A stretch of DNA of 64,000 bases from Lytechinus pictus. Its lineage: Eukaryota. The translations under genes were made by a program, and so were the position numbers. Positions 13,001-27,100 of the stretch are shown piece after piece. Positions within the stretch are counted from its first letter, which is position 1; each line of letters opens with the position of its first letter. The stretch spans positions 10,788,001 through 10,852,000 of the forward strand of contig NC_087260.1 in the NCBI RefSeq assembly GCF_037042905.1, written 5' to 3'. The notes beneath the pieces were generated by a model that was given only the letters and a program-made list of their open reading frames with translations, did no database searches and was not told where the DNA came from.

Positions 13001-16000
13001 CACTGATTCAGCTTGCCTTGGCGTTGTACCGTACAGTCGCAGTGCCGTGACTACCGTAACTTTTCCCCCGAGCCAGCCGGCGCTGGCCAGTTACGTACCC
13101 GGCCGGGGGTACGGTCAGGCCAGGGGAGCGCGACCCAGCGGCAGCGGTGGAGCGATGATTGCCACCAACGCATCGCAGCATGCAGCAGTGCAAGCACAGC
13201 TCAGTGATAAATGAGAGCGAAGGCCGGCCAATCGAAGTGAAACTGCTGTACAAAGAAACAATTTAAACGCTAACAGCTACATATGCTGTAAGAACAGCAA
13301 CTTTGTAATTCAATATAAAGAAATAAAGAAAAGAACATTGATACTGTACCAAACTTACAAGCAACTTAGCAAGCTACATAGCTACATGTATTAAAACTAT
13401 TACTATCAACTTCAAAATTTAAGTCGAAGTCCATGTCCATGACCATGTCCTATGCCATATGGCTATGATTTGATGCACCTATCTGGCTGTTCATTTCACA
13501 CAAATTGAATGAAAATAGAGTAGACTCTACTATCTACTGTATATATGTGTACCTAGGCCTAGTTGAAATTTCACTTGACCATTTATTTGCATTTTGGCAT
13601 CATGAACGTGAAATCAAAATCAAATTTAGTGGCCTACACTTGAACAAGTACTCTTGGACATAGATTTCTTCTGTTTGCTGCGCAGCAGCGGTTACTTATT
13701 GCTGTAGTCTTGTTAACAGCGCTCGTTCTAAAAATATTATTGATGCGAAAATTTATCATATTAAATTCAATTTTAAGAGATTTTAAGAAATATAAGGCAG
13801 CATGGCATTCCATTGGCTTTGTACACCACAAGCAATGTACACATGAAAAGAGAGGCTGTGCCCCCCCCCCCTCTCTTTAATGTATGTTCTACAAGAATGT
13901 GCAATTGACCAATACATGTATATGTATTTCAATGTTTTTTCTACATGTACATTGTAATTACATTACATTTCCCATATACCTTTATAAACATGTACATGTA
14001 TAGTACATTTTATGCAGACACCAAGATCACTGAACTGAAGTATATACTAAAGTGTGAGGATGAATAAATGTATAATATAATAGGCCTACATGTACATGTA
14101 TTGGCATGTCCAAAAAAGAATGCTGCATTCCACTATGACAGATGTGGGAGGTCATTTGTTGTTTCCATTTTTATACTTGATAAGAAATAAAACCAATCTG
14201 ATGAGAATAATTGTTACCGCTACCATGATGCCGACCATAAACATTCTTTGTGCCTGATTTTTTTAAAACTTAATTTAGTCCAAAATTTGTTGTTGGTTTT
14301 TTTTTTCCATCAACATTTGAAATAGATTCTAAGAAAAAAACATTGGTACCAATTTCAAAAAGGTTATGTATTTTTTTTTTATTATTTATTACACTGTATA
14401 CTGTATGTTTTGCAAAATATTGAGGGGGGCACCAAAGTGCCTCTTTATAGAAAATATGTGCCAAAGAATTCTGCAAGATATTGTGTAATTTTTTTGCTGA
14501 GAAATGAGCATGCCATGTGTTGGCAGTCTTCAGTGTGTTGGGTTATTCATAAAATTAATTTTCAGCTAAGATTTCATAATTTCACAAAGTTCAGTTCGTA
14601 TACATGTAACTCTGATTTTTTCAGCTTTTTGATTTCACAGATTCAGACTTTCTCAAATGATTATTGCTTAGATCAATAAACATGTGCATGTGTTCTGTAA
14701 AACTGTTATTTCATTTTTTCAAAATTCTAGATCCTACAGAGCATTCCATCAACTTCCCAGAATGTTGAAATCGACCAAGACTTGACAAGTGATCGTGGTC
14801 ATGATGCTGATATATCTGATCAGACGGATCAGCAAGACAGTGACCTGTCAGATATGGTTCTATCTGAAGGCCCAGAGCCTTATGCGGTAAGTACAGGATA
14901 TTTTTTAATGAACTTTAGCTATATTAATCTACAAAATCATTTTTGTTAGTTCTGTAGCAATTCAAATAAATGAATTAAAGATTTTAAGGTCAGGTCCACC
15001 AAGGATATTTTTATTTGAATCAATAACTTATCTTACATCCACTTTTGATGAAATTTTCAATGTAACATGTACATGTACATGTAGGTTGATTTATTTCTAT
15101 TCAAATCACCTCTATGTTGCGGTGGACTTGTCCTTTTAGTCTACAAGTTATATATGTATGTCAAATATAAAATATAATTGAAATTGAATCATGTTCTGCA
15201 CATTCAAGGGTGGATTCAGGATTTTCCAAAGGGGGGAGGCTAGGCACATTTTCCCCCGAGCAAAACAAGGTTTTCACAAAAAATTGAAGGTTTCTCTACA
15301 TAAGATTTAAGGACATTCCAGTTATGGTTATGTGCACACTCCGCGTGCTGAAGTCACAATGGATTAACAGGTGATTAATTAGCTGTAGTAATAAGCTGAT
15401 TTTTCTCATCTGCATTCTAACTGCACATCCGATGTGTTATTTTATGAAGCTAATAAACTGGAATTGTTCTATGTTCTCTCCAATTTAAAAAAAATAACTC
15501 TGCAGTGCTGCAAAGTACATGTATGACAAATATGACCCCAATTTTGAATAAATGGTAGAGTGGTTTGGAATTTTTCCTTCCATAGATACAAAGCATTTGG
15601 CACGTTTTTATGTTTTCAAAAGCCTATTTACTCTAGTAAAAGTGCTGATAGTTTGAAAACAAGCACATGAACACCTATTTTTTATTGTTTGAACCTCGTA
15701 GGTATACCTTCCTCTACAACTTTACAAAGTTTGGTGAAAATGACTTAGGTTTTGAATGAAGTGCAGCATTTGTTGTACTTCTCAAATTTGTCATAAATTA
15801 CACATATTTTGAGATTGGGTTTTTGTTTTGTTTCTTTCACGCCATTTTTGAGAAATGACAGTGCTGTCAGACTTAAAAGAGCAAACAAATACTTGTAGCA
15901 ATATAAATAGATTATCCATCTATATAGCTCATATTGCAAAATTTGATGAAATTACATGGGCTTTAACACTTTGACTGAGGAATAGAGGTTCAAAACCAAT

Positions 16001-18109
16001 TGTAGTGATCTTGTGAGGTCTGAAAGTGCCAAATTGTGCAATTCTTATGAATATCCATTTGGATGAACTTTGAAGCAAAATTTAGCATATTTGGAATATT
16101 CAGGTGCTATAGTACCTGTGTGTAATGTTTGGTGAAAATAACATGAATTTTTCTTTAATTGTGGACCATCAAGCAAAAAAAAAAACTGTATGAATGTGTA
16201 TGATTGACATATTCCCATTACAAATTTCTGCTGTGATTTTCAGGGGGGGGGGCACACTTGTGTATTAAAGAGCGGCATATTTACTTAAAAAATAGATGCT
16301 GTGACTTTTAAGGAAGGGGGCACAGGCAGGATGTGCCCTCCCTCCCATTGGATTCGCCACTGTGCACGCTGCATTTAAAGGCCAAGTCCACCCCAGAAAA
16401 TTGTTGATTTGAATCGATAGAGAAAAATAAAGCAAACATAACGCTGCAAATTTCATCAAAATCGGATGTAAAATAAGAAAGTTATGACATTTTAAAGTTT
16501 CGCTTATTTTTCACAAAACAGTTAAACTCACAACTCAGCGATATGCAAATGAGAGAGTCGATGATGTCCATCACTCACTATTTCTTTTGTTTTTTATTGC
16601 TTGAATCATACAATATTTCAATTATTAAAGATTTGACAAGAAGGACCAACTAGACTTAACCTCAAACTGTTAAAATAATTGTAATTCCACATGTTCAGGG
16701 AGTTATAATTTTTTTTTTCACATGACAATGGGGAGAAAATTAGAATTGTTCATATTTCATATAATAAAATACAAAAGAAATAGTGAGTGGGTGACGTCAT
16801 CAGTCTGCCAATTTGCATACCGTCCAGGATGTGTATATAACTGTTTTGTGAAATTAACCGAAACTTTAAAATGTCATAATTTTCATATTTTACATCCGAT
16901 CTTGATGAAATTTTCATTGTTTTTCTTGATGGATTTTTCTCCTTTTATTCAAATTAACTTTTTGGTAGGGTGGACTTGGCCTTTAATGTGAAATAGCTGG
17001 GGAGCATTTAATATGAATATTTTTTTAGTTACTGAAATCCTTGAGTGGCCGTGGGCATATCATTTTAAAATTCACTGATAAAACTGTACATGTTCATGAA
17101 ATGCTCCCTTGGGCAGCTTCGTGATGCTTGTAATTTGCAAGCACTGACAAGTTGTCATTCTTTGACAGACAATAGGACAGCCAATGAAAACCAAGGATTT
17201 CATTTAAATTGTGTAAGCTGACAATTTTTAGATCACGTCAATTAATGTTTTATGTTTTTATTACCCAAAACTTTCAGTTTATGACAGTAACAACAGAACC
17301 TGAGGTACTTGTAAAGAGAAAAAGCACTGTTTTGGATGACACCCCAAGAAAAAAAAAGAGGAAGAGACGGGTATGTGTAGTATTATTTGATTTCTTTATT
17401 ATCTGTTATGATATGAGTACATATTTTGTATCTCTATGTTTGCCACTCCTGCAATACAAAGCTGATATTTTAATCAGGATTGCACTGTTAACTTATAAAG
17501 CCATCAGATACATGTACATGTTAGTATGTGAGTTCTTTATTACCTAAAAGAAAAGGAATTCACATGACCTTGATAATCGTAAGAGTGTAGATTTAATTGA
17601 CATAACTGGTATCAAATGTATTCTTTTTTTTTTATTTGAAGTCCTCTGCCATCCCTAGAATATTTAGTGTTGAATTATTTCCTTATATGGATTTTAGTTT
17701 CAGAGACTGAACTTCTTGATACACTGTACCTTTATTATATTTTTTCAGCGAAGTGGCCAAGGAAACCAGGAGGAAAGTACATGTAAGTGGGTGGTGGACC
17801 ACGCAACGCAAACTTTCGATATAAATCGATACCGTAAATTTACAAGTACCAAGGTCCAGACTGATCCAGATTGCTATGACTGTGGTATTCAAGTACCAGA
17901 ACTGGAATCAAAGATGGAACCAGAATTTGAAGTGGAAGTGGAAGAAGTGGAAGTGATGACATCTCCACTTTTAGACCATGAACATTATACATACACAGCC
18001 GGTACACCTAATAGAGTGGAAATGCTCAAGGTAGATATTAGTCTGGTTTACATCTAAAATCATCTCTCCCTCTTTCTTTCTTTCTACATAATTATACATG
18101 TGTGTGTAT

Positions 18110-18143
<34 letters not shown>

Positions 18144-21100
18144 ATCTCAAAGAATCTATATCTATATATTACATACATTACATTTATTTATATTACATTT
18201 ATGTTTGTGACATTATACTTATGTGAAAAATATATACCTAGTAGTCTCTTTTTGGAGTCATAATTAGTCTCAAAACTCTACCTGGACATTTTTTTTCTAC
18301 TTAACATGTCTTGTGCACGTTACGTTGCAGGTAGGAAACATCCAAGAAAGACCACCAAGCCCTCATAATCCTGCAATTGTGCTGACTCCTACATGTATGA
18401 CATCATCATCTGAGAGTGTGCCTGTACCTGTGATGGTGAGTTATGCTTATTATATTGTACATTAATGTAGATTTCATCCTGACAAAAACTTGCTATAGAT
18501 TAAAAGATGAAATTCAATGAAGTACACAATGAAAATTTCAGATGAATGTTGAATAAAAAGGTTTGTGCTTCACCTTATATTTGTATAAAAGAGTACATGT
18601 GCATTGGCAATGTGCAGAAGAAGGGAATACTTGTATTTATAAAAAAAAAATCTTTAATTTTTTGTTCTAAATAAGCATCCTGGCATATTACAATTGCTTC
18701 TAATCATTTCCTATCGAAATTGGATTTCTTGACCAGAACTTGAACTTACATAAAACATAAAATTTTATTGTTTTTCTTTTTTATTATTGGGGTATATACT
18801 TGTTATACAGTGACTTGTGTGCAGTGAACCACTTATAGTACAAACAAACATCTGTATTTTGATGCAAAATTTTATCACTATATTACTTGAAGAGAATGAA
18901 AGATGGCAATACATTAATGAAGGAGATAAATTACATATACATGTATAGATGAATTTTTGTAACAATGTTCTCTATATTCAATCTTGCCTGTTATCTTTAT
19001 CATTCTGCAGTCCTCAAGCAATGAAGAGTTATCCATTTGTGTACCTGCTGTCTCACGTTTAGTGCCAACCTCAGTGGCTAAGAGATCTGCTGCTGCACCA
19101 ATAAGCAGTGATTCTGATGTACTGCATACCGGACATACTTTGAGAGTAAGTCCCTGAAATGCTGGAATGATATCATACTTGACAATATCAATGTACCATT
19201 TTCATGTAAGGACAATAAATATGCACATCATAGTTTATGATGTTTGATTTTAAATTTAGGCATACAGTTCTACACTTCATTTCCGAAAATGCTTGATCAA
19301 AGAATCATAGAATCATTCTAATAATGACAAATTTTAACAAGTTAACTGGGTTCTGATTGTCCTAGAGAAAGAAAATTTGTTTGTTTATTCTCTTTTTCTG
19401 GCATTTACTCAGTTTTTTACTTTGTATACATAGTCTGGGGCTGTTTAAAAGTGAATTATTTTGATAATAATTACCCTCCATCAATTCAGTCTCAAATTCT
19501 TTGAATTTTTAATTTTTTTTTCAATAAACTTACAGGCTCTATCAATATTACAGAGCTGCCAAATACTATGGATTTCTGTATTTAGTACTGAAAAATTAGA
19601 ATACTGATGGTGTCATGCAAAATACTGATTTTTAGAATCTCACTTGTGTATGTGTTGTCCTGTGGTATTTCTTTGAAAACACTTAATTCCTTACCAAACT
19701 ACCTGATCTTCAGCTTTTAAAATACTGAAATGTTTTTGTGATTCAACAGACCCTGTTAAAATATGAACTATTACCATCATTGTCATTTTTTGTTTATTTT
19801 TATTTTTTAATGTTTTTCTTTTATATGCAGCAAGCTGCATGGAAGGGCAAGAACGCAACTGACTCAGATTTCTCCCCACCTCGAGCTTCACATCGGAGTA
19901 GTTCGAGTCCAACACCACCATCATCTGATTCGACTTCAGGATCAAACAGAGACCAATCATGCGTTTCATTGCCCAAGGTACATGTAAGTTCCAGCCTTGG
20001 CTAAGATCATGTGATCAGATTAAACTTTAAATGCATGATTTTGTATATGTACTTTAGTGTGATTTTTCATACGCCAAGCCTAATATTCTACAGTTTGTGA
20101 TTGATTATTTTTTGTAGGCATACAGCACAGGAAAAAAATATATGAGTTCTAACAAGGTTTGTGCATAACTTTGAAATAGAACTGTCACAATCATGGTCAT
20201 TTTAATATATTCTGTTATTTTTTTAATTTTCCACCTCTTCAAAATAAGTGGGGTGCAAAAATCAGTTACTTGTGATTCAACAGACCCTGTTAAAGTATGA
20301 TCTATTACCATCATTGTCATTTACGTATATTTTTATTATTTTTTAATGTTTTTCTTTTATGCAGCAAGCTGCATGGAAGGGCAAGAACACAACTGACTCA
20401 GATTTCTCCCCACCTCGAGCTCCACATCGGAGGAGTAGTTCGAGTCCAACACCACCATCATCTGATTCAGCTTCAGGATCAAACAAAGACCCTTCATACA
20501 TTCCATCACCTCAAGCAAGTTCCAGCTCAGACCCAGATGAGGAAACGTGGATGAAATACTGTACAGACCCTAAATATATTGTATTTGGGTCTCAGTTGGA
20601 TCGTCTTCTGCATTCACTACAGTGTACCAAGTGTAGCGGTGGGCACATCTCGGAAATCCAGAAGAAAGTACAGGGATCAATGCTCACGGCAACCGTTTTG
20701 TGTGTGTGTGGCAATATTGTCACACGGTGGGAGTCCCATCCTGTAATTGGATCGGCGTCTGTAGGGAATTTATTGTGTTCGTCGAGTGCACTTTTTAGTG
20801 GCTTATCTTTTGAGAGTTTAGATTTCTTCTCTTCAGTGCTTAACATGGAGTTTGTAGGTCGCACCCAGTTTTTTGACTACCAGGATAAGTACTTTAATGC
20901 TGCAATCAACTCTGCATTCAAGAGCAACTTGTCTGAAGCAAGAATTGAAGTAAGCAATAGTGGTGCTCCACTCACCGTTTGTGGTGACGGACGATGTGAT
21001 AGTCCTGGTTATAACGCCAAATACTGTAGCTACACGATGATGGAGGCCAAAACCTCAAAGATAGTAGCGATGAATCTGGTCCAAGTGAGCGAAGCCACAA

Positions 21101-24100
21101 GTTCCAACGCCATGGAAAAGATTGGGTTTCAGAGAGCATTGGATGGGCTGCTGGAGGCAGGACTAAATATTGGAACTGTAGCCACAGATCGCCATCTTGG
21201 AATTAGGAAACTTATGAAAGAGAGATACCCAAACATCGACCACCAATATGACGTTTGGCATGTTAAGAAGTCTGTTACGAAGAAACTAGTCGCAAAGACT
21301 AAGCATAAAGAATGTGGAGACTTGCTCCCATGGACCAAGTGCATCACTACCCACCTGTGGTGGTGTGCAGCTAACTGCCGGGAGGATCGAGAGATGATTG
21401 TCGAAATGTGGCAATCGCTGACGCACCACATTTGCGATGTGCATTCGTGGAATTCCGCTGATAAGTATCACCGATGTGCCCATGATGAGCTTGACCCCCA
21501 ACGAAAATTCAAGTGGCTGACTCCAGGTTCTGCTGCGCATAAAGCCCTACAAGAAATCTTGTTTGACAAGAATTTGACAGATGCAATTGGTCACATAACC
21601 AAAGCATGCCACACAGGCGAACTCGAATCTTTCCACAATATGCTGTTGAAGTACTGTCCTAAGCGTAAGCATTACCATTACGCTGGTATGCAGGCAAGGT
21701 TACAGCTTGCAGTGCTGGACCACAACCATAACACTGCAAGGAAGCCAGCAGTCATCAAAAAGGGACCAAGGAAGGGAGAACAGAAGGTTGCTTTAAAGTA
21801 CTCAAAACGCACCAAGGAATGGGTAGCGAAATTGATGAAAGAGAAGAAAGACTATTCCTACCTCGTGGAAATCCTGGAGAATATCTTGAAGATGAGAAGT
21901 GGAGAAATTGAAGTGGAAACAGTGGTACTGCCTGAACTTCCAAAGAATGTGGCACCAACGCCACGTCCATCAAAGGAAGAAGTGATGGCTCGCAAATATA
22001 CTAGATTTTGAATAAATGGTTTAAGGACTTTCAATTATCTCCAGGAAGTCTACATGTAGCGTGATTGTCCCTCTGGAGTTGATTGTTATCTGTATGGTCA
22101 ATATTCATTGAGTAATGGAAGGATTTTGTTTTTTTGTAAGCATGAGAATTTAAGAATTATTTTGAATGAAAGATGTACCTCTGCTGGTTGTACCTGGTTT
22201 TTTATCTGCTTTAATATACATGTACATGTATATGCAGCTCTATCAATACTTTTTGAAGTCAATGTATTGAAACAAACAAATGTAAATGTTTTCATTATCT
22301 ACCATATCATTGTGCTATCCATGAATAATTGCCCTTAAACAGCATTATGTTATCATTTGGGAAAGCATTGTAGCTTGGTTGAAATGTATGTTGCAAGACA
22401 AATCTACATGTACAAGACAAAACACTACTGTTACATAACAATAATACAGTACATGTAACTTAAATCTGATCTGTGTTTTATTGTACATGTAGTTCAGCAG
22501 TGTCATGAAAATAAGTTGTGGAGGCACCTTTTTTCTTTCATTACATGTTAGAGTTAAAGCTACATGTATCTAGAACAAGAGGAATGGTTGATGTGATATA
22601 CCAAAATTTAAGAGACTCACTTTCACAATTGTTTTCACGTCGGAGGCATTATCTCTCTTTACCTTTCCTTCTTGTTCTCGTAATAACTCAAGAATCATTT
22701 GACAGATTGACATCATATTTGTATCATTTATGCACATTGGACAATGATTATATTTGCATATATATAGGTGTTATATTATGGTTATCTGAAAAGCTTTGCA
22801 GGTCACAAGATGAAATGTCACAGAGATCATTATATCTCTTGAAATGTTTTGTGCTTGTGACACTTGTTACACCTCATTAACCATTCTCGGATTTAACAAG
22901 TACATTGTAAGTACATGTATGTTTACTTAGTTGACAGTGGTCTCCTTAGTTTGGAGTTACAGAGATCAAAGTGCACAGAGTTCTTACATCTTCAAATACA
23001 TCAGTCATGATAATTCAAGAACTTCTTGCAGAACTTCAAACTCATAATGCATGTAGTAATTACAATAATCTGTTTGGTTTTTTTAATGGCTTGTTTGTGT
23101 AAATATGATTTAATCTTCAGTTAATTATTTTTAATACACCGCAATATGTGAATGTATACAAAAAGAAAATTTGTTTATAAATGATTATGCAATGCCAGTT
23201 CAAGTCCTACTGTACATGATGATGAAACAAGTTTTCTTTTTTAGAGGCCAAGGTGCTTTGTGGCTATGAATCCATTGTAAAATTAAATGCCTTAACTTAC
23301 GTAGCCTTAACTTACGTAGGCTTAACCAATCCTGACACTTACGCAGTAACCTCTTTGGCTTTGGAAATTATTAGATGGGCTATTTCTCCAATGTATGAAC
23401 ATATTTGATGTTTAAAGATAGTTGTACATATTCATTATTGGATTTAGCATGTGACATCAGCATTTGATGTGTAAAGATAGTTGTACATATTCATTATTGG
23501 ATTTAGCATGTGACATCAGCATTTGATCTGTAAAGATAGTTGTACATATTCATTATTGGATTTAGCACGTGACATCAGCATTTGATCTGTTTTTCTCAGC
23601 ATGTAGTGCATCTATGAAATGATAGAAATTGTGAAGAATTGTAATTGTCTCACACATGTACTTTTAACCCTAATTCTCGGGGGGGGGGGTGGGGGGGGGG
23701 TGCCGTAATGCCCCCCCCTTGACAGTTTTCGCGATATATCTGCTGCGCAAAATTTTTCGACCTCACCGCTTACTGACTTTTTCCTGTCAAGTCTCGCACC
23801 AATTTTGAGACCAAATTTGTGACGCTCGGGTAAGCAGTTATGACATTACGCAACATTATGTAACTGCATGTCAGACCCAAAATTGCTCATAAACGTGATT
23901 TCATGTACAAATTCAATGCAAATTGTGTATTTAGCTAAAATTCATAAATGCATCATTATTTCTACTTTTACTGATTAAACTTCATTAATTTTGCCTTGTT
24001 TATTAAACTAAAAAAAACAAAAAGTAAAAAACATCCGTCCAGACATTCAGCATCTCATTAACTGAATTAAAGGACAGACATAAAGTTGGTCGCTTACATG

Positions 24101-27100
24101 TATGAACATGTACATGTAGAATGCAAAAGATGTAAATAGTTATTAATGTGTTTATGAGTAGAGATTATTTTTTAAATGTTTTCTGCATTCCAGATATTGT
24201 AAATATTGTACAATATGTACATGTAACACTGGAGGTGATCAACTGAATTATCACTCAGTGAATGAGATGATGTGTATCTATATTCTTTTTTAAATCAAAC
24301 ATCTCCAGTATATTGCAGACTGGCATTTCTCAAAGTGACATTTTCAGATACTACTACAATGGCAAAAATATCTAATATGGGTGCATGTAACATTGATACC
24401 ACATGCAGTATGCAAATAGATGTATGAAATTTAAATAATCATCCAAGTATACATGTACTGAATAGGTTTCTCTGTGTGTATTGATTTTGGTAACATTTAA
24501 AACTTTGCTCTTATTGGCTCAATATCTGGACTATTTTTTTTTTAACCAACAGGTTTATCAATTTTTCACCATACAAACATACAAAACAGGCTATGTTTTC
24601 TTGCTATATTGTTTTATTTATTTTTATGGGGTGGGTGTATTGTTAGCTCTTTGGAACTGATATTTTGTTGATATTAGATTTATTGATTCAAAGTTAAATC
24701 TTCATACATTACATAATGGGTTTTATCTGTCCTGTTTCCAGCATGAAGCAAGAATATACAGTAGCAGAACAACAAAATATAAACATTTTGCAAATGAAAA
24801 CACTTTCTTTAAATTATTTGCATTCATTTTGAAAAGTTGATAAAGAGTTTAATAAGAAGAGTTTGATAAAAGTTTGATTAGAGGAGTTTGGTAAGAGTTT
24901 AATAAGAAGAGTTTGATAATAAGAGTTTGATTAGAAGAGTTTGATTAGAAGCATTCGATAAGAGTTTGTTTTGAAAATGGTGATGTTTGGATGACGATGG
25001 TGGTGAAGAAGATTGAAGTGGTGGTGATATGTGATAGTGGTGAAGACAAAAAATTGTAAAAAATGATATAACTTTGTCTTATTAGTTTTCATAGCTCCAA
25101 CAAAATTATGCTCATACAGCACCTAATCCTTTATTAAAATTTATTCATACTATTTAACAAAATTGCAGTACCAACCTTCTGTTCATATCAAAAGGCCTAA
25201 AATAATGGAAAGTTTAAACTTTTAAGAGACCATTGTGAATTGTCCTCGTAGTATTTTACAAGGGCTGTGGAATCGGGAACGGGGGGGGGGGGGGGGTGAA
25301 ATTTTACCAAAACCATGTATAAATCGTGAAAATTGCAATCTGAATAGATTTTTGGCTCAGCCCCAACCCCTTCCAAGACCATTTCAAAGCCAGTGCCATG
25401 TTTTTTTTTATTATGCTCTGTTTTATACCCACTTTACCGATCATTTACTCTTGCTTTCTTCCATCCCTTATTTCTGCCTACCCCTTCCCAATCCCTCTCT
25501 TTCATTCTTCCATCCCAAATTTTTATCTTGCATTTCCCCGACCTTGTTTTGGATTCTTCCAATGATCCCAATTCTCTTGCCTTGTTTTATTCCATCCCCC
25601 TTCCGTCTCGTGCTTTCCTCCACTCCCCACCCCATTTCTCTTTTTTCTCTTCCACACCAACCCTTCCCTCTTCCTTTTTCTTTCCTGTACCCCTCCTCCC
25701 TCTTGCTTCCAACCATTATCCCACCCCATCTTTCACTTTCTTCCATCCCCCTACCCTGGCTCTCTTGCTTACCTCCATTCCCCTATCCGCATCCTTGCTT
25801 GGTTTTCCATTCCCTGCCCATTTCTCTCTTGCTTTCTTCCACACCTACCCTTCCCTCTTACTTTTTCCATTCCTGCACCCCTCCTCCCTCTTGCTTTTGA
25901 CCATTACCCCCACCCCATCTCTCGCTTACTTTCTTTCATTCCCCTGCCACGTCCATCTTGCTTTCCAAATTTCCAAACCCGATTTCTCCCTTACTTTCTC
26001 CCATCACACCAAATCTTTCTCTCTTGCGTTCTTATACATGTACCTCATCCCTTCTCTGTCCTGCTTCTTCCACCTCACCTTACTATTTTCCTTATTTCTG
26101 TGTCTCTTCTTCATCCATCTTTAATTTTGACCTTGCAAGAATACATTACCAGTACATATATATAAATATAAGTCAAAATGTCCTGTAATTCATGCTTTAT
26201 TTCTCTGAACATTCATGTACATGTAAACTTTGCATGTACATGTATATATTACTAAAAACAATGTGACTTGTAAATAAAGGGGTATTCATGAATTGACAAT
26301 TGGCAACGAACCTGGTAATACACGTATCTCGGGTACAAAGTACATTGTATAACACAAGTTGATATGAATGTACATGTAAGAGGCATTTTCTTATATCATT
26401 TCATTAAAAAAGTGTAGTTGAGACCCTACAAATATATTCTCTAATATTTCATGGACAAACTTAATGGATATATACATGAACAACACTAATACACACCAAT
26501 ACTAATTTATTATGATCTAAACCATAATCATAAATATGACGAATATTCGCAATTTATCTCGCTACAGACATGTCTAAAGACTCTGGACACCTACATGTAA
26601 CAATACCAACATCTAGGTAGACATACAAATTCAAAGTATTTACTAGTGTTATATATAAAATATGCGTCCTCTGTGTCTGTTATTTATTAATAAATGTGTT
26701 CAACTCTTACCATAGGAAGGAAAAATTATGGCCATTGCTAGATTTCCACAGCTGACACTACCTTTGCACTTACATGTTTGTGATTTCAAAACCAATAAAA
26801 CTCATAAATAATTTTTTTTTTATCTTTGTACATACATCATGTATGTACAAAGATTTAAAAAAAATATTTATGAGTTTTATTGGTTTTGAAATCACAAACA
26901 TGTAAGTGCAAAGGTAGTGTCAGCTGTGGAAATCTAGCAATGTACATGTACAAGATAAGGCTCTAATATACTGTATATTTTTGTTTTTATCCTACATGTA
27001 ATAGAACAGAACAGAATCCTGTTACAAATACCATACACAATAACTTGCATGCCATGACCTCATGAATATAAACTGTATCCAAACTCTTGCATCAAAATAA

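Noticed and set aside
25235-26188. 221- and 243-aa Pro/Leu/Phe/Ser ORFs as a third transposon gene
   Set aside because: A polypyrimidine tract lacks stops for compositional reasons; no domain signal.
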